Of a stretch of DNA of 39,609 nt, positions 1 to 8,167 are shown in pieces. Positions within the stretch are counted from its first letter, which is position 1. Every line of letters begins with the position of its first letter. The stretch is taken from the sequence record SRR20825010_4892, one strand, 5' to 3'. The translations under genes were made by a program, and so were the position numbers. The notes beneath the pieces are model-generated. The model was given only the letters and a program-made list of their open reading frames with translations, ran no database searches and was not told where the DNA came from.

Positions 1-159
1 CGGGTTAATGAGATATAATTTCTGAGCTGTAAAGCTGTTTGGGTGCATTTGGTCATACAATACTTTGAATTTAGACCATTGTTCTGGCTCTCCTTTTTGA
101 AAAGCAGCCGAGTCAATTTTCTTGTCTTTTAAATAAGATTCAAAGTCCTTGATTTCCAT
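1..159 (-). CDS. Small hypothetical protein, partial (runs off window start)
   Basis: Not in the ORF track. Manual translation from ATG at 159: MEIKDFESYLKDKKIDSAAFQKGEPEQWSKFKVLYDQMHPNSFTAQKLYLINP..., open to base 1. TATATTTG promoter-like box on - strand at 167-174. Confidence 0.75.
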   Translation of the reverse strand, partial: MEIKDFESYLKDKKIDSAAFQKGEPEQWSKFKVLYDQMHPNSFTAQKLYLINP

Positions 160-166
160 TGCAATG

Positions 167-174
167 CAAATATA
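167..174 (-). promoter_or_regulatory. Bacteroidota housekeeping -7 box (TATATTTG)
   Basis: Matches TAnnTTTG, 7 nt upstream of ATG at 159. Confidence 0.55.
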
Positions 175-250
175 AAAAATATGGGTTCCGAACGACTATT
201 CGTGTCGGCAAAGGTTTTACTTATTCTATTGCATTCGCTAATATTGCACG

Positions 251-348
251 CAATTCGGTAGCAAGCTTTAGGAGTTCAATTCCCTCAATACCTTCCTACC
301 GTTCAGAAACTTTCTATTCTTAAAGCAGAAAAAGAAGAATAGATTTCT
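251..348 (+). promoter_or_regulatory. Structured 5' leader, candidate cis-regulatory RNA
   Basis: CGGTAG(256-261)/CTACCG(296-301) stem enclosing GGA-GTTCAAT-TCC; second hairpin TCTATTCTT(313-321)/AAGAATAGA(335-343) extended by AGAAA(305-309)/TTTCT(344-348). Preceded by promoter-like TAATATTG (239-246). Confidence 0.45.
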
Positions 349-381
349 AATTCAACGATTACAACTAAAACTAAGAAGCAA

Positions 382-1332
382 ATGACTAGAGTACTTATCA
401 TCGGAGCGAGTGGGCAATTAGGATCGGAACTGACTATTGCGCTCGGTGAAGTTTTTGGAAACGAAAACATCATTGCTTCTGACATTTCTTCACCTCACGC
501 CAACATTGCTGGTTTTACTTTCGAAAAACTAGATGTAATGAATACGGCTCAGTTGAAGGAAGTTGTTGAAAAACATTCAATCACACAGATTTATCATTTG
601 GCAGCCATCCTTTCTGCCAAAGGCGAATCTAACCCTCAATGGGCTTGGAATTTGAACATGACCAGCTTATTGAATGTGTTGGAGTTGGCCAAAGAGAAAA
701 AACTAGACAAAATCTACTGGCCAAGTTCTATTGCGGTTTTCGGGCCAAACACGCCTCTGGACAATACGCCTCAATTCTGCGAGAAAGACCCTAATACGGT
801 ATATGGCATCAGCAAGTTAGCAGGTGAAAGATGGTGCGAATACTACTTCCAAAAGTACGGAGTGGATGTTCGAAGCATCAGGTACCCTGGCTTGATCGGT
901 TACAAATCATTGCCAGGTGGTGGCACTACGGATTATGCCGTAGAAATTTATCACAAGGCATTAAAAGGTGAAAAATTCACCTGTTTCTTAAAAGAAGACA
1001 CAGCCTTGCCAATGATGTATATGCCAGATGCTATTAAGGCAACCATCGACCTAATGCAAGCACCAGCAGAACACGTGAAAGTACGTTCTAGCTACAACCT
1101 TTCAGCCATTAGTTTTACGCCAAAAGAAATGGCGGCTTCTATACAAAAGCAAATGCCAGAATTCGAAATCGATTATGCTCCAGACTTCCGTCAGGCCATA
1201 GCCGATAGCTGGCCAAACACCATAGATGATTCTCAAGCCAGAGAAGATTGGGGTTGGAAACACGATTTTAGCTTAGACGCCATGACAGAAGACATTTTAG
1301 AAAACCTTCCTCCACTTTTGGATAAGTTCTAG
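382..1332 (+). CDS. tdh: L-threonine 3-dehydrogenase, SDR/NAD-dependent epimerase type
   Basis: GASGQLG Rossmann motif, YGISK catalytic YxxxK, and PGGGTTDYAV and LPMMYMPDA motifs typical of SDR-type threonine dehydrogenases. Confidence 0.85.
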   Translation: MTRVLIIGASGQLGSELTIALGEVFGNENIIASDISSPHANIAGFTFEKLDVMNTAQLKEVVEKHSITQIYHLAAILSAKGESNPQWAWNLNMTSLLNVLELAKEKKLDKIYWPSSIAVFGPNTPLDNTPQFCEKDPNTVYGISKLAGERWCEYYFQKYGVDVRSIRYPGLIGYKSLPGGGTTDYAVEIYHKALKGEKFTCFLKEDTALPMMYMPDAIKATIDLMQAPAEHVKVRSSYNLSAISFTPKEMAASIQKQMPEFEIDYAPDFRQAIADSWPNTIDDSQAREDWGWKHDFSLDAMTEDILENLPPLLDKF

Positions 1333-1333
1333 G

Positions 1334-1377
1334 GGTTAGTTATTGGTGTATTGGTCAATGGTTGATTAGTCAATAGT
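1334..1377 (+). repeat. Degenerate 7-8 nt tandem repeats
   Basis: GGTTAGT-TATTGGT-GTATTGGT-CAATGGT-TGATTAGT-CAATAGT directly after the tdh stop codon. Confidence 0.6.
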
Positions 1378-1406
1378 GAGTTTGTCAATTCACTTGTATG
1401 TACCAC

Positions 1407-1432
1407 TGTAGCAGGTTCTCCGAACCCTGTGA
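1407..1432 (+). repeat. GTAG-tailed REP-like palindrome
   Basis: TGTAG followed by imperfect hairpin CAGGTTC-TCC-GAACCCTG. Confidence 0.4.
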
Positions 1433-1486
1433 CCTCTTATAGACATAAGGACTCTGTCCGCCATATTTTAGACTAGGCATTTATAC

Positions 1487-1634
1487 AATCCCCCAGCCCC
1501 CTTGGCCAAAGGGGAGGTGGTGACACAATCACCGTTTAGCCATAGCAAGCTTTGATTGATTCGTATGGAATAAGGCTAAACTTCTGTTCGATCGGAGCAT
1601 TATTCCCCCTTAAAAAAAGGGGCTAGGGGGATTT
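1487..1634. repeat. REPIN-like element (two inverted GC-rich REP-like palindromes)
   Basis: Left AATCCCCCAGCCCCCTTGGCCAAAGGGGAG (1487-1516). Reverse complement of right copy (1603-1634) is AAATCCCCCTAGCCCCTTTTTTTAAGGGGGAA. Internal IR GTTTAGCC(1534-1541)/GGCTAAAC(1574-1581). Confidence 0.65.
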
Positions 1635-1690
1635 AACCTAACTTACAGCCAAGAAACAACCTTCTTCAAACTACAAGTGTCTAACTCGAT

Positions 1691-2194
1691 ATGAAGAAAC
1701 TACTTGCAATTACATTACTCGTTTCAGCCCTTTTTTCTTGCGGAAGTGAAAATCCATCACAAAAATATCGCGAGTTTCAGACTGAGAGAAAACTCGAGTT
1801 TATAGCACACCACCCTGATGACCCACAAGTACCGATGGTTTCGGATGGAGAAAACCTAGTGTTCAAATACACTTTCGCTCATGAAGAAGATGAAAACATT
1901 GCTGATGATGAGGTTTCGGAAATCTTCTACCTAGAAATACCAAAAGGCAGCACTTCATTTACTTATAACAGTACTAATGCTGAAGAGAATGGAGTGATCA
2001 ACGTGGCTTATCGCAGGGTTTGCTTTTGCTCATTTGGCCAGTACACTTTACAGAAGGCCATCATCTCTGCTTCAAAAATCAATAACAACCAATGGCAGAT
2101 CTCTTTCGATGTGACATTCAAAGATGGGCACGATCAAGAGTACTTTTTAAAGGACAATGGTAAATACAGCATCAATACAGATGAGTATTTCTAA
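1691..2194 (+). CDS. Hypothetical lipoprotein with CFC motif
   Basis: Lipoprotein signal MKKLLAITLLVSALFS-C; acidic DDEVSE segment and VCFC motif. Confidence 0.8.
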   Translation: MKKLLAITLLVSALFSCGSENPSQKYREFQTERKLEFIAHHPDDPQVPMVSDGENLVFKYTFAHEEDENIADDEVSEIFYLEIPKGSTSFTYNSTNAEENGVINVAYRRVCFCSFGQYTLQKAIISASKINNNQWQISFDVTFKDGHDQEYFLKDNGKYSINTDEYF

Positions 2195-2206
2195 TTTCAA
2201 GAGGTC

Positions 2207-2245
2207 AAAAAAAATGTCCTGAACCTAAAGCAGGCCCAAGACATT
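2207..2245. terminator. Probable terminator between convergent genes (U-tract on - strand for icd)
   Basis: A-tract then imperfect stem AATGTCCTGAACCT...AGGCCCAAGACATT. Confidence 0.5.
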
Positions 2246-2273
2246 CGTGAAAATTAATCAAGATAAAATTTTC

Positions 2274-3725
2274 CTATTCTCCTTGACTTAAAGAGTAACC
2301 TCTTTCGCCATCGAAGTGATATAAATGTTCTGTTTTAATAAAGTCGAATCCTTCTTTTTGTACGCGTTCTAAGATTTCAATAATGGCTGAATTATCTAGT
2401 GCCTTTCCTTCTGGGTGTGTAAATCTACATCTCCAATGGTCAGACTTAAAAATCTCGTCCATGCCGTTAGGATAAACCACCACGCCTCGATTCGACACTT
2501 GGTCAAGTTTCAGTCTATCAGTAGAAACATTCTTCAATAACCTGTCGCCAATTTCATTGGCATCACGATTATCGCCTCTCCAGTCAATAAATACATCAAC
2601 CCCAACCAACTCTTTCTTCTTAGCAGGTTTTTCAGGTACAACCACTTGAATTTTCACATCTGGGTTATACTTTACCGCTTTCAGCTTTTCAGGTACTTGA
2701 CCTAATCTTTCGATTACTGCATTGGCAAATTCTTTAGTACCTACTTTTTTCACACTTCGGTTCAGTCTATAGACATCGCCAGTATGAATTCCGTCTTCCA
2801 AAGTTTTTAACCAAGCATTTTGAATCAATTCTGCCTTGTCTGCTTTGCCCAATTGAACCAGCATCATAAACGCGCCATTCAGTAAGCCAGATGGGTTAGC
2901 CATGTCTTGACCAGCAATATCTGGTGCCGAACCATGAATAGCTTCGAACATAGAATAGTTAGTTCCAATATTGGCCGAACCTGCCATTCCCACTGAACCT
3001 GCTACTTCCGCAGCAATGTCAGAAATAATATCTCCGTATAAGTTCAAGGTCACCACCACATCCAAAGACTCAGGACGAGCCGCTACTACGGCCGAGCCAA
3101 TATCAATAATCCAGTGATCCGACTGAATCTCTGGGTACTCAAGTCTTACTTCATTAAATATTCTATGGAACATACCATCGGTGTGCTTCATAATATTATC
3201 CTTAGTCATACAGGTCACTTTTTTTCTTCCGTATGCTCTGGCGTACTCAAAAGCGTACCTGATAATCTTTTCAGAACCTGGTTCAGAGATTAATTTCAAA
3301 GTCTGAACGACTTCACTCGTTTGCTGATGTTCAATTCCAGCATATAGATCTTCTTCATTTTCACGAACAATCACCAAATCCATGTGAGGGAAGTGTGACG
3401 GTACAAATGGAGGGTAAGCCCTGAATGGTCTAACGTTCGCAAATAATCCAAGTGATTTTCTGATGGTTACATTCAAACTTTTATAACCACCACCCTGAGG
3501 TGTGGTAATAGGCGCTTTAAGTAAGACCTTATTTTTTCTAAGTGTTTCCCAAGACTCAGGGCTGATGCCAGATTTATGACCAGATTTATAAACTTTTTCA
3601 CCGATTTCAATCACATCATAGGCCAAACCTACATTGGCGGCATCCATAATACGAATGGTGGCATCCATGATTTCTGGACCAATCCCATCACCATAAGCGA
3701 CTGTAATTCTATTTTGTGTTTCCAT
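2274..3725 (-). CDS. icd: NADP-dependent isocitrate dehydrogenase (long type with C-terminal extension)
   Basis: GDGIGPEI, KAPITTPQGGGYKSLNV, NLYGDIISD, FEAIHGSAPDIAG motifs. Start moved to ATG 3725 (METQNRITV) because a TACCTTTG promoter box lies at 3759-3766 on - strand. Confidence 0.93.
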   Translation of the reverse strand: METQNRITVAYGDGIGPEIMDATIRIMDAANVGLAYDVIEIGEKVYKSGHKSGISPESWETLRKNKVLLKAPITTPQGGGYKSLNVTIRKSLGLFANVRPFRAYPPFVPSHFPHMDLVIVRENEEDLYAGIEHQQTSEVVQTLKLISEPGSEKIIRYAFEYARAYGRKKVTCMTKDNIMKHTDGMFHRIFNEVRLEYPEIQSDHWIIDIGSAVVAARPESLDVVVTLNLYGDIISDIAAEVAGSVGMAGSANIGTNYSMFEAIHGSAPDIAGQDMANPSGLLNGAFMMLVQLGKADKAELIQNAWLKTLEDGIHTGDVYRLNRSVKKVGTKEFANAVIERLGQVPEKLKAVKYNPDVKIQVVVPEKPAKKKELVGVDVFIDWRGDNRDANEIGDRLLKNVSTDRLKLDQVSNRGVVVYPNGMDEIFKSDHWRCRFTHPEGKALDNSAIIEILERVQKEGFDFIKTEHLYHFDGERGYSLSQGE

Positions 3726-3758
3726 AAGTGCTTGAATGTATTTTTTCTTGAACGGCTG

Positions 3759-3766
3759 CAAAGGTA
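3759..3766 (-). promoter_or_regulatory. -7 promoter box TACCTTTG for icd
   Basis: Matches TAnnTTTG followed by CA, 33 nt upstream of ATG. Confidence 0.6.
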
Positions 3767-3882
3767 TCAAAGGAAGGCTTTAAAAGGAATTAAAAGCCAA
3801 ATTTATCACCTTCCACTCATCAGATATTTTGAGCCAAACACTTAACCTTGCTTAAGTCTTTTTAGTTTTCTCACATTGCTAC

Positions 3883-3890
3883 TATCTTTG
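3883..3890 (+). promoter_or_regulatory. -7 promoter box TATCTTTG for enoyl-CoA hydratase gene
   Basis: TATCTTTGCA upstream of ATG 3910. Confidence 0.65.
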
Positions 3891-3909
3891 CACCTTACTC
3901 AACTTAGCA

Positions 3910-4695
3910 ATGGACTCATACCAGAATATAAAATCCGAAAACAAAGACGGGGTCGTTCACCTCACCATTAATAGGCCCGACAAGCTAAATGCACTCAATA
4001 TCAACACTGTTGAAGAGATTGGAGAGGCCTTCCAGGAAATTTACGATTCGGCCGATATTAAGGCCGTAATCATTACTGGAGAGGGTGAAAAAGCTTTTGT
4101 GGCTGGTGCTGACATTTCAGAAATAGCTGAACTTTCAGAATTAAACTCAAGAAAATTCTCAGAACAAGGACAAGAAGTTTTTGCAAGTATCGAAAACTGC
4201 CATAAGCCTGTTATCGCTTTGGTGAATGGTTTCGCTCTAGGTGGTGGCTGCGAATTGGCGATGGCTTGTCACATCCGTATTGCTACTGAAAATGCAAAAT
4301 TCGGACTTCCAGAAGTAAACCTCGGTATCATTCCTGGCTTTGGAGGAACACAGAGGCTTACTCAATTGGTTGGTAAAGGGAAAGCATTTGAACTCGCTAT
4401 GTCTGGCGACATGATTAAAGCTGATGAAGCAAAAGCCTTGGGCTTAGTAAATCATGTAGTTGAAAGTAAGGCTGCTGGCCTTCAAAAGGCTGAAGAACTT
4501 CTTAGTAGAATCACAAGCAAAGCTCCTTTGGCTGTTGGCATGGTGATCGAGTGTATCAATGCGGTTTATACCAATGAAATTGATGGCTATCAGGCGGAAG
4601 CCAATAGTTTTGCCAACTGCGTGAAAACCGAAGATTTCAATGAGGGCACAAAGGCGTTCTTAGAGAAAAGAAAACCAGATTTTAAGGGGGAGTAA
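3910..4695 (+). CDS. Enoyl-CoA hydratase/isomerase (crotonase family)
   Basis: FVAGADI, ALGGGCELAMACH, FGLPEVNLGIIPGFGGTQRL motifs. Confidence 0.92.
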   Translation: MDSYQNIKSENKDGVVHLTINRPDKLNALNINTVEEIGEAFQEIYDSADIKAVIITGEGEKAFVAGADISEIAELSELNSRKFSEQGQEVFASIENCHKPVIALVNGFALGGGCELAMACHIRIATENAKFGLPEVNLGIIPGFGGTQRLTQLVGKGKAFELAMSGDMIKADEAKALGLVNHVVESKAAGLQKAEELLSRITSKAPLAVGMVIECINAVYTNEIDGYQAEANSFANCVKTEDFNEGTKAFLEKRKPDFKGE

Positions 4696-4822
4696 GAAGC
4701 TAATTCAAAATACAGGATTTAATAGGTGAACATACCATCACACATGATTTAGCGTTCGATAAAAAATTATTAATCGTAAATTCATTTATGGCTCAAAGCA
4801 TAAATCCTTGTAGCTTCGCTTT

Positions 4823-6316
4823 ATGAGTCAAATCAAAAAATTGGCGAGCCAAACGGCTTATTACGGCATCAGTAGCATTTTGGGCAGAGTGCTCAATTTT
4901 GCTTTGGTGCCAGTCTATACCCGAATTCTTCCAGAACAAGAATACGGTGTAGTCATCCATCTTTACGGTATAGCCGCTTTTCTGAACATTATTTACACCT
5001 ATGGATTAGAGACTTCCTTTTTCAGGTTTTCTACAAAAAACAAGTCCATTGACACCTACCATTATACAGCAACAGCAATTCTTTTTACCAGTATTATCTT
5101 CTCTGGGTTTATCTATTTTGACGCGGCCTCGTTGGCCAATTTCACTGCTGCCTCCGAACACCCAGAGTATTTAAAATACTTGGCCGTCATTGTATTTATT
5201 GATGCGATAGTTTCCATTCCTTTTGCAAAACTACGATTAGACGAAAGACCCATAAAATTCGCAATCATTCGACTTACCGTTATTGCGGTGACCATTGGTT
5301 TAAACTTATTATTTCTGCTGGCCTTTCCAGCTATTGCCAATGGAGAATACCTAAGCATACTTCAACCTTGGGTTCAAAAGGTTTATAACCCAGGGATCGG
5401 TATTGGCTATATTTTTATTTCCAATCTCATCGCCAACAGTTTATACATACCAATGCTGTTTAAGGAATTGGTACAAATTAAGATCCGATTCAAGTGGTCA
5501 GCCTTTAAACCCATTTGGGCTTACTCCTTCCCTATTTTCCTAATGGGTTTAGCAGCCATGTTCAATGACCAAGGCTACACCATCCTCTTTAATTTCCTCT
5601 TCGATGATCCGGAAACAGAGTTAGGAATATATGGAAGTGCATTTAAGCTAAGTGTATTAATGATGCTTGGAATTCAAGCCTTCCGCTATGCAGGAGAGCC
5701 ATTCTTCTTCTCTCATGCTGAAAACAAAGAGGCACCAACGTTATTCGCTAAAGTAATGCACTACTTTGTGGTATTTAATATTGCCATTATGGTGGCCATT
5801 GCAGTGAACATCGAATTGATATCCGATGTCTTTTTAGGCCGACCGGGCTACAAAGCCGCGCTGTATGTTTTGCCTGTATTACTGATTGGAAAGCTGTTTT
5901 TCGGAGTATATGTAAACCTCAGCGTGTGGTTTAAAATCAAAGACAAAACAATCTATGGCACCTATTTTACTGCCATTGGAGCATTGATCACACTTGTAGG
6001 ACATTTGTGGTTGGTTAGGCTTCCATCCATAGGTTATTTCGGATCTGCCATTTCGGCCTTAGTCTGTTATGGATCCATGTGTGCCATGTGCTATTATAAA
6101 GGCCGAAAAATATTCCCGATACCATACAATTTCAAGAAATTATTTATGTACTTGATTATTGCAGTTGGAGTTATTTATGGCTCAAACCTTATTTCAATTC
6201 CCAGTGCATGGGGTCAGTATGGAGTTGATCTTTTTGTTACAGCAGCCTTTTTTATAGTTATTTATCTTTTGGAAGGAAGAAACTTTAAACACAAAACCGT
6301 TGAAAAACGCCAATAA
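4823..6316 (+). CDS. MOP-superfamily (Wzx/MurJ-like) oligosaccharide flippase
   Basis: Many hydrophobic helices; N-terminus KKLASQTAYYGISSILGRVLNFALVPVYTR; QAFRYAGEPFFF motif. Confidence 0.82.
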   Translation: MSQIKKLASQTAYYGISSILGRVLNFALVPVYTRILPEQEYGVVIHLYGIAAFLNIIYTYGLETSFFRFSTKNKSIDTYHYTATAILFTSIIFSGFIYFDAASLANFTAASEHPEYLKYLAVIVFIDAIVSIPFAKLRLDERPIKFAIIRLTVIAVTIGLNLLFLLAFPAIANGEYLSILQPWVQKVYNPGIGIGYIFISNLIANSLYIPMLFKELVQIKIRFKWSAFKPIWAYSFPIFLMGLAAMFNDQGYTILFNFLFDDPETELGIYGSAFKLSVLMMLGIQAFRYAGEPFFFSHAENKEAPTLFAKVMHYFVVFNIAIMVAIAVNIELISDVFLGRPGYKAALYVLPVLLIGKLFFGVYVNLSVWFKIKDKTIYGTYFTAIGALITLVGHLWLVRLPSIGYFGSAISALVCYGSMCAMCYYKGRKIFPIPYNFKKLFMYLIIAVGVIYGSNLISIPSAWGQYGVDLFVTAAFFIVIYLLEGRNFKHKTVEKRQ

Positions 6317-6382
6317 AACTATTGTCTTTACATTCATCAGAAAGCTTAAACATAGGTCAATTAAAATGCGTTTCTTGAATAA

Positions 6383-8167
6383 TTGAAGAATCCCGTGAAG
6401 AAATACCTCCAGCTTTCCCCTTTCATTTTTGCCTTTTTGCTGTTTTGCAGCGGTACGAAAGCGATTGCCCAAGAAAAAACGGAAAAGAAGGAAAAAGAGA
6501 GCAAAGAGGTTTCTAAATACGAAAGAGCAAACGCTGAATACTTAATGATCGATGCCGAGAAATTCTACTTGTTAGAAGACTACGAAAGGGCCATCGCTTT
6601 TCTAGAACAATCGTTAGAAATAGACAAAAACAACCATGCCGCTTATTTCAAATTAGGAGAAATCTATTTGATAGAAAGAAAGTATAATCAAGGACTGAAG
6701 TCAATTAAAAAGGCGCAAGAACTCAAGCCAGATAATAAGTTCTACTATATCCTTGCCGCACAACTACATAAGTCACAGAGCAATCTGCAAGCAGCCGCTT
6801 CAGAATATGAATTGATGCTTAAAAACACTACGGATTATCGTGAGTATTTATTAGACCTTGCTGATGTATTTGTGGGTTTAGGCAATTACGATGGCGCCAT
6901 CAAAATGCTTGAGTTAACGGAAGAGAAATATAATAGCCCTAATAAATTCACTACGCAAAAAAAGGAATTGCTTCTTCAGGCGGGAAAGAAGAAAGAAGCG
7001 CTGGAGATGCTAAAAAAACTAACAGAGGACTTTCCTACGAATGAAAGCTACAAATTAGAGTATGTTGATTTACTGGCTTCAACAGGTCAAAAGACGGAAG
7101 CCGCAGACATTCTCAAATCGACAAACACTTCTTCATCTTCCAACTTCCTTTTAATCAACTTAAAACTAGAAGAAGGAGACTTTGAAGCGGCCAAGCCTAT
7201 GATTGCAGAAATCATGACCAACAAAGAAGCAGACCTTGGAGCAAAGCTTTTATTAATTTCCAATTTATCCGCCACTGGGTCAGACAAAATTTCACTCTCC
7301 TTTTTAGATCAGCAGCAAAAAGCGCTATACTCCATTTATCCAAGTGATATTGAAGTGATTAAAACAGGGGAGAAAGTATATAGCGCTTTGGCTGAAAAAG
7401 CAAATCCACAAGAAAAGGAGGTCTATGGAAACCAAGCACTATCGGCTTTAAATCAGTTAAAAGACCTTAACCCATCTGACTACGAAGTTTGGAATCAACT
7501 ACTGACCCGAGCCTACAATCAAGAATCTTGGGAAACCTTGTTGACTGATAGCGAAGATGCTTTGAGCTACTTCCCCAACCAAGGCCTATTCTATTATTAC
7601 TACGGAAACGCCCAACTTTACAGTAGTAAAGGAGATAAGGAAGAAGCAAATATAGCGTTTGATCAAGCGCTAAAGCTGGCAAGAAATGATGAGTCGCTGA
7701 CGAGTAAAATTCGTACAAAGAAATTAGAATTTGCACTGGAAGAGGGCAATGTGAAAGAAATTGAGGCCTATCAACCTCCAGTTTCAACATCTGGAAAAGT
7801 GGATGGTGATGCAGTTCAAATGTTTTTGCGTTACCTTAATGCGAACAGTAACCGAGAAATAATAGAGGGCTTAAATATATCCCTAGATCGTTTAATCAAA
7901 GAATATCAATCGGATGGCGATTTATTTCATGTGAAAGCAAAGGTTTTGTTTCAATTAGGTAGATTTGCAGATGCGAAACAGCTGATTGAGAATTTCTTGA
8001 TGCAAAACCCCGCCAATGTTACAGGTGGGCTTTTAGAAGTTTATGGTGATAACCTTTTTATGTTAAACCAAATTGATACGGCCGTTGAGCAATGGAAAAA
8101 AGCAAAAAAAACTGGGAACACTACCGATAAAATCGACCAAAAAATTGCAGACAAAAAGTACTACTAA
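6383..8167 (+). CDS. Tetratricopeptide repeat protein with signal peptide
   Basis: Multiple TPR-like units (YERAIAFLEQSLEIDKNNHAAYFKLGEIY; EVYGDNLFMLNQIDTAVEQWKKA). Start TTG 6383 or GTG 6395. Confidence 0.85.
   Translation: MKNPVKKYLQLSPFIFAFLLFCSGTKAIAQEKTEKKEKESKEVSKYERANAEYLMIDAEKFYLLEDYERAIAFLEQSLEIDKNNHAAYFKLGEIYLIERKYNQGLKSIKKAQELKPDNKFYYILAAQLHKSQSNLQAAASEYELMLKNTTDYREYLLDLADVFVGLGNYDGAIKMLELTEEKYNSPNKFTTQKKELLLQAGKKKEALEMLKKLTEDFPTNESYKLEYVDLLASTGQKTEAADILKSTNTSSSSNFLLINLKLEEGDFEAAKPMIAEIMTNKEADLGAKLLLISNLSATGSDKISLSFLDQQQKALYSIYPSDIEVIKTGEKVYSALAEKANPQEKEVYGNQALSALNQLKDLNPSDYEVWNQLLTRAYNQESWETLLTDSEDALSYFPNQGLFYYYYGNAQLYSSKGDKEEANIAFDQALKLARNDESLTSKIRTKKLEFALEEGNVKEIEAYQPPVSTSGKVDGDAVQMFLRYLNANSNREIIEGLNISLDRLIKEYQSDGDLFHVKAKVLFQLGRFADAKQLIENFLMQNPANVTGGLLEVYGDNLFMLNQIDTAVEQWKKAKKTGNTTDKIDQKIADKKYY

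Noticed and set aside
256..301. tRNA gene suggested by GTTCAATTCC
   Set aside because: No cloverleaf, D-arm, anticodon arm or acceptor stem; kept only as part of the candidate leader RNA.
1334..1634. CRISPR array
   Set aside because: Repeats are neither identical nor regularly spaced, and there are no cas genes.
3726..3770. Extended icd N-terminus from the ORF track
   Set aside because: It overlaps the promoter box; ATG 3725 gives a typical N-terminus.
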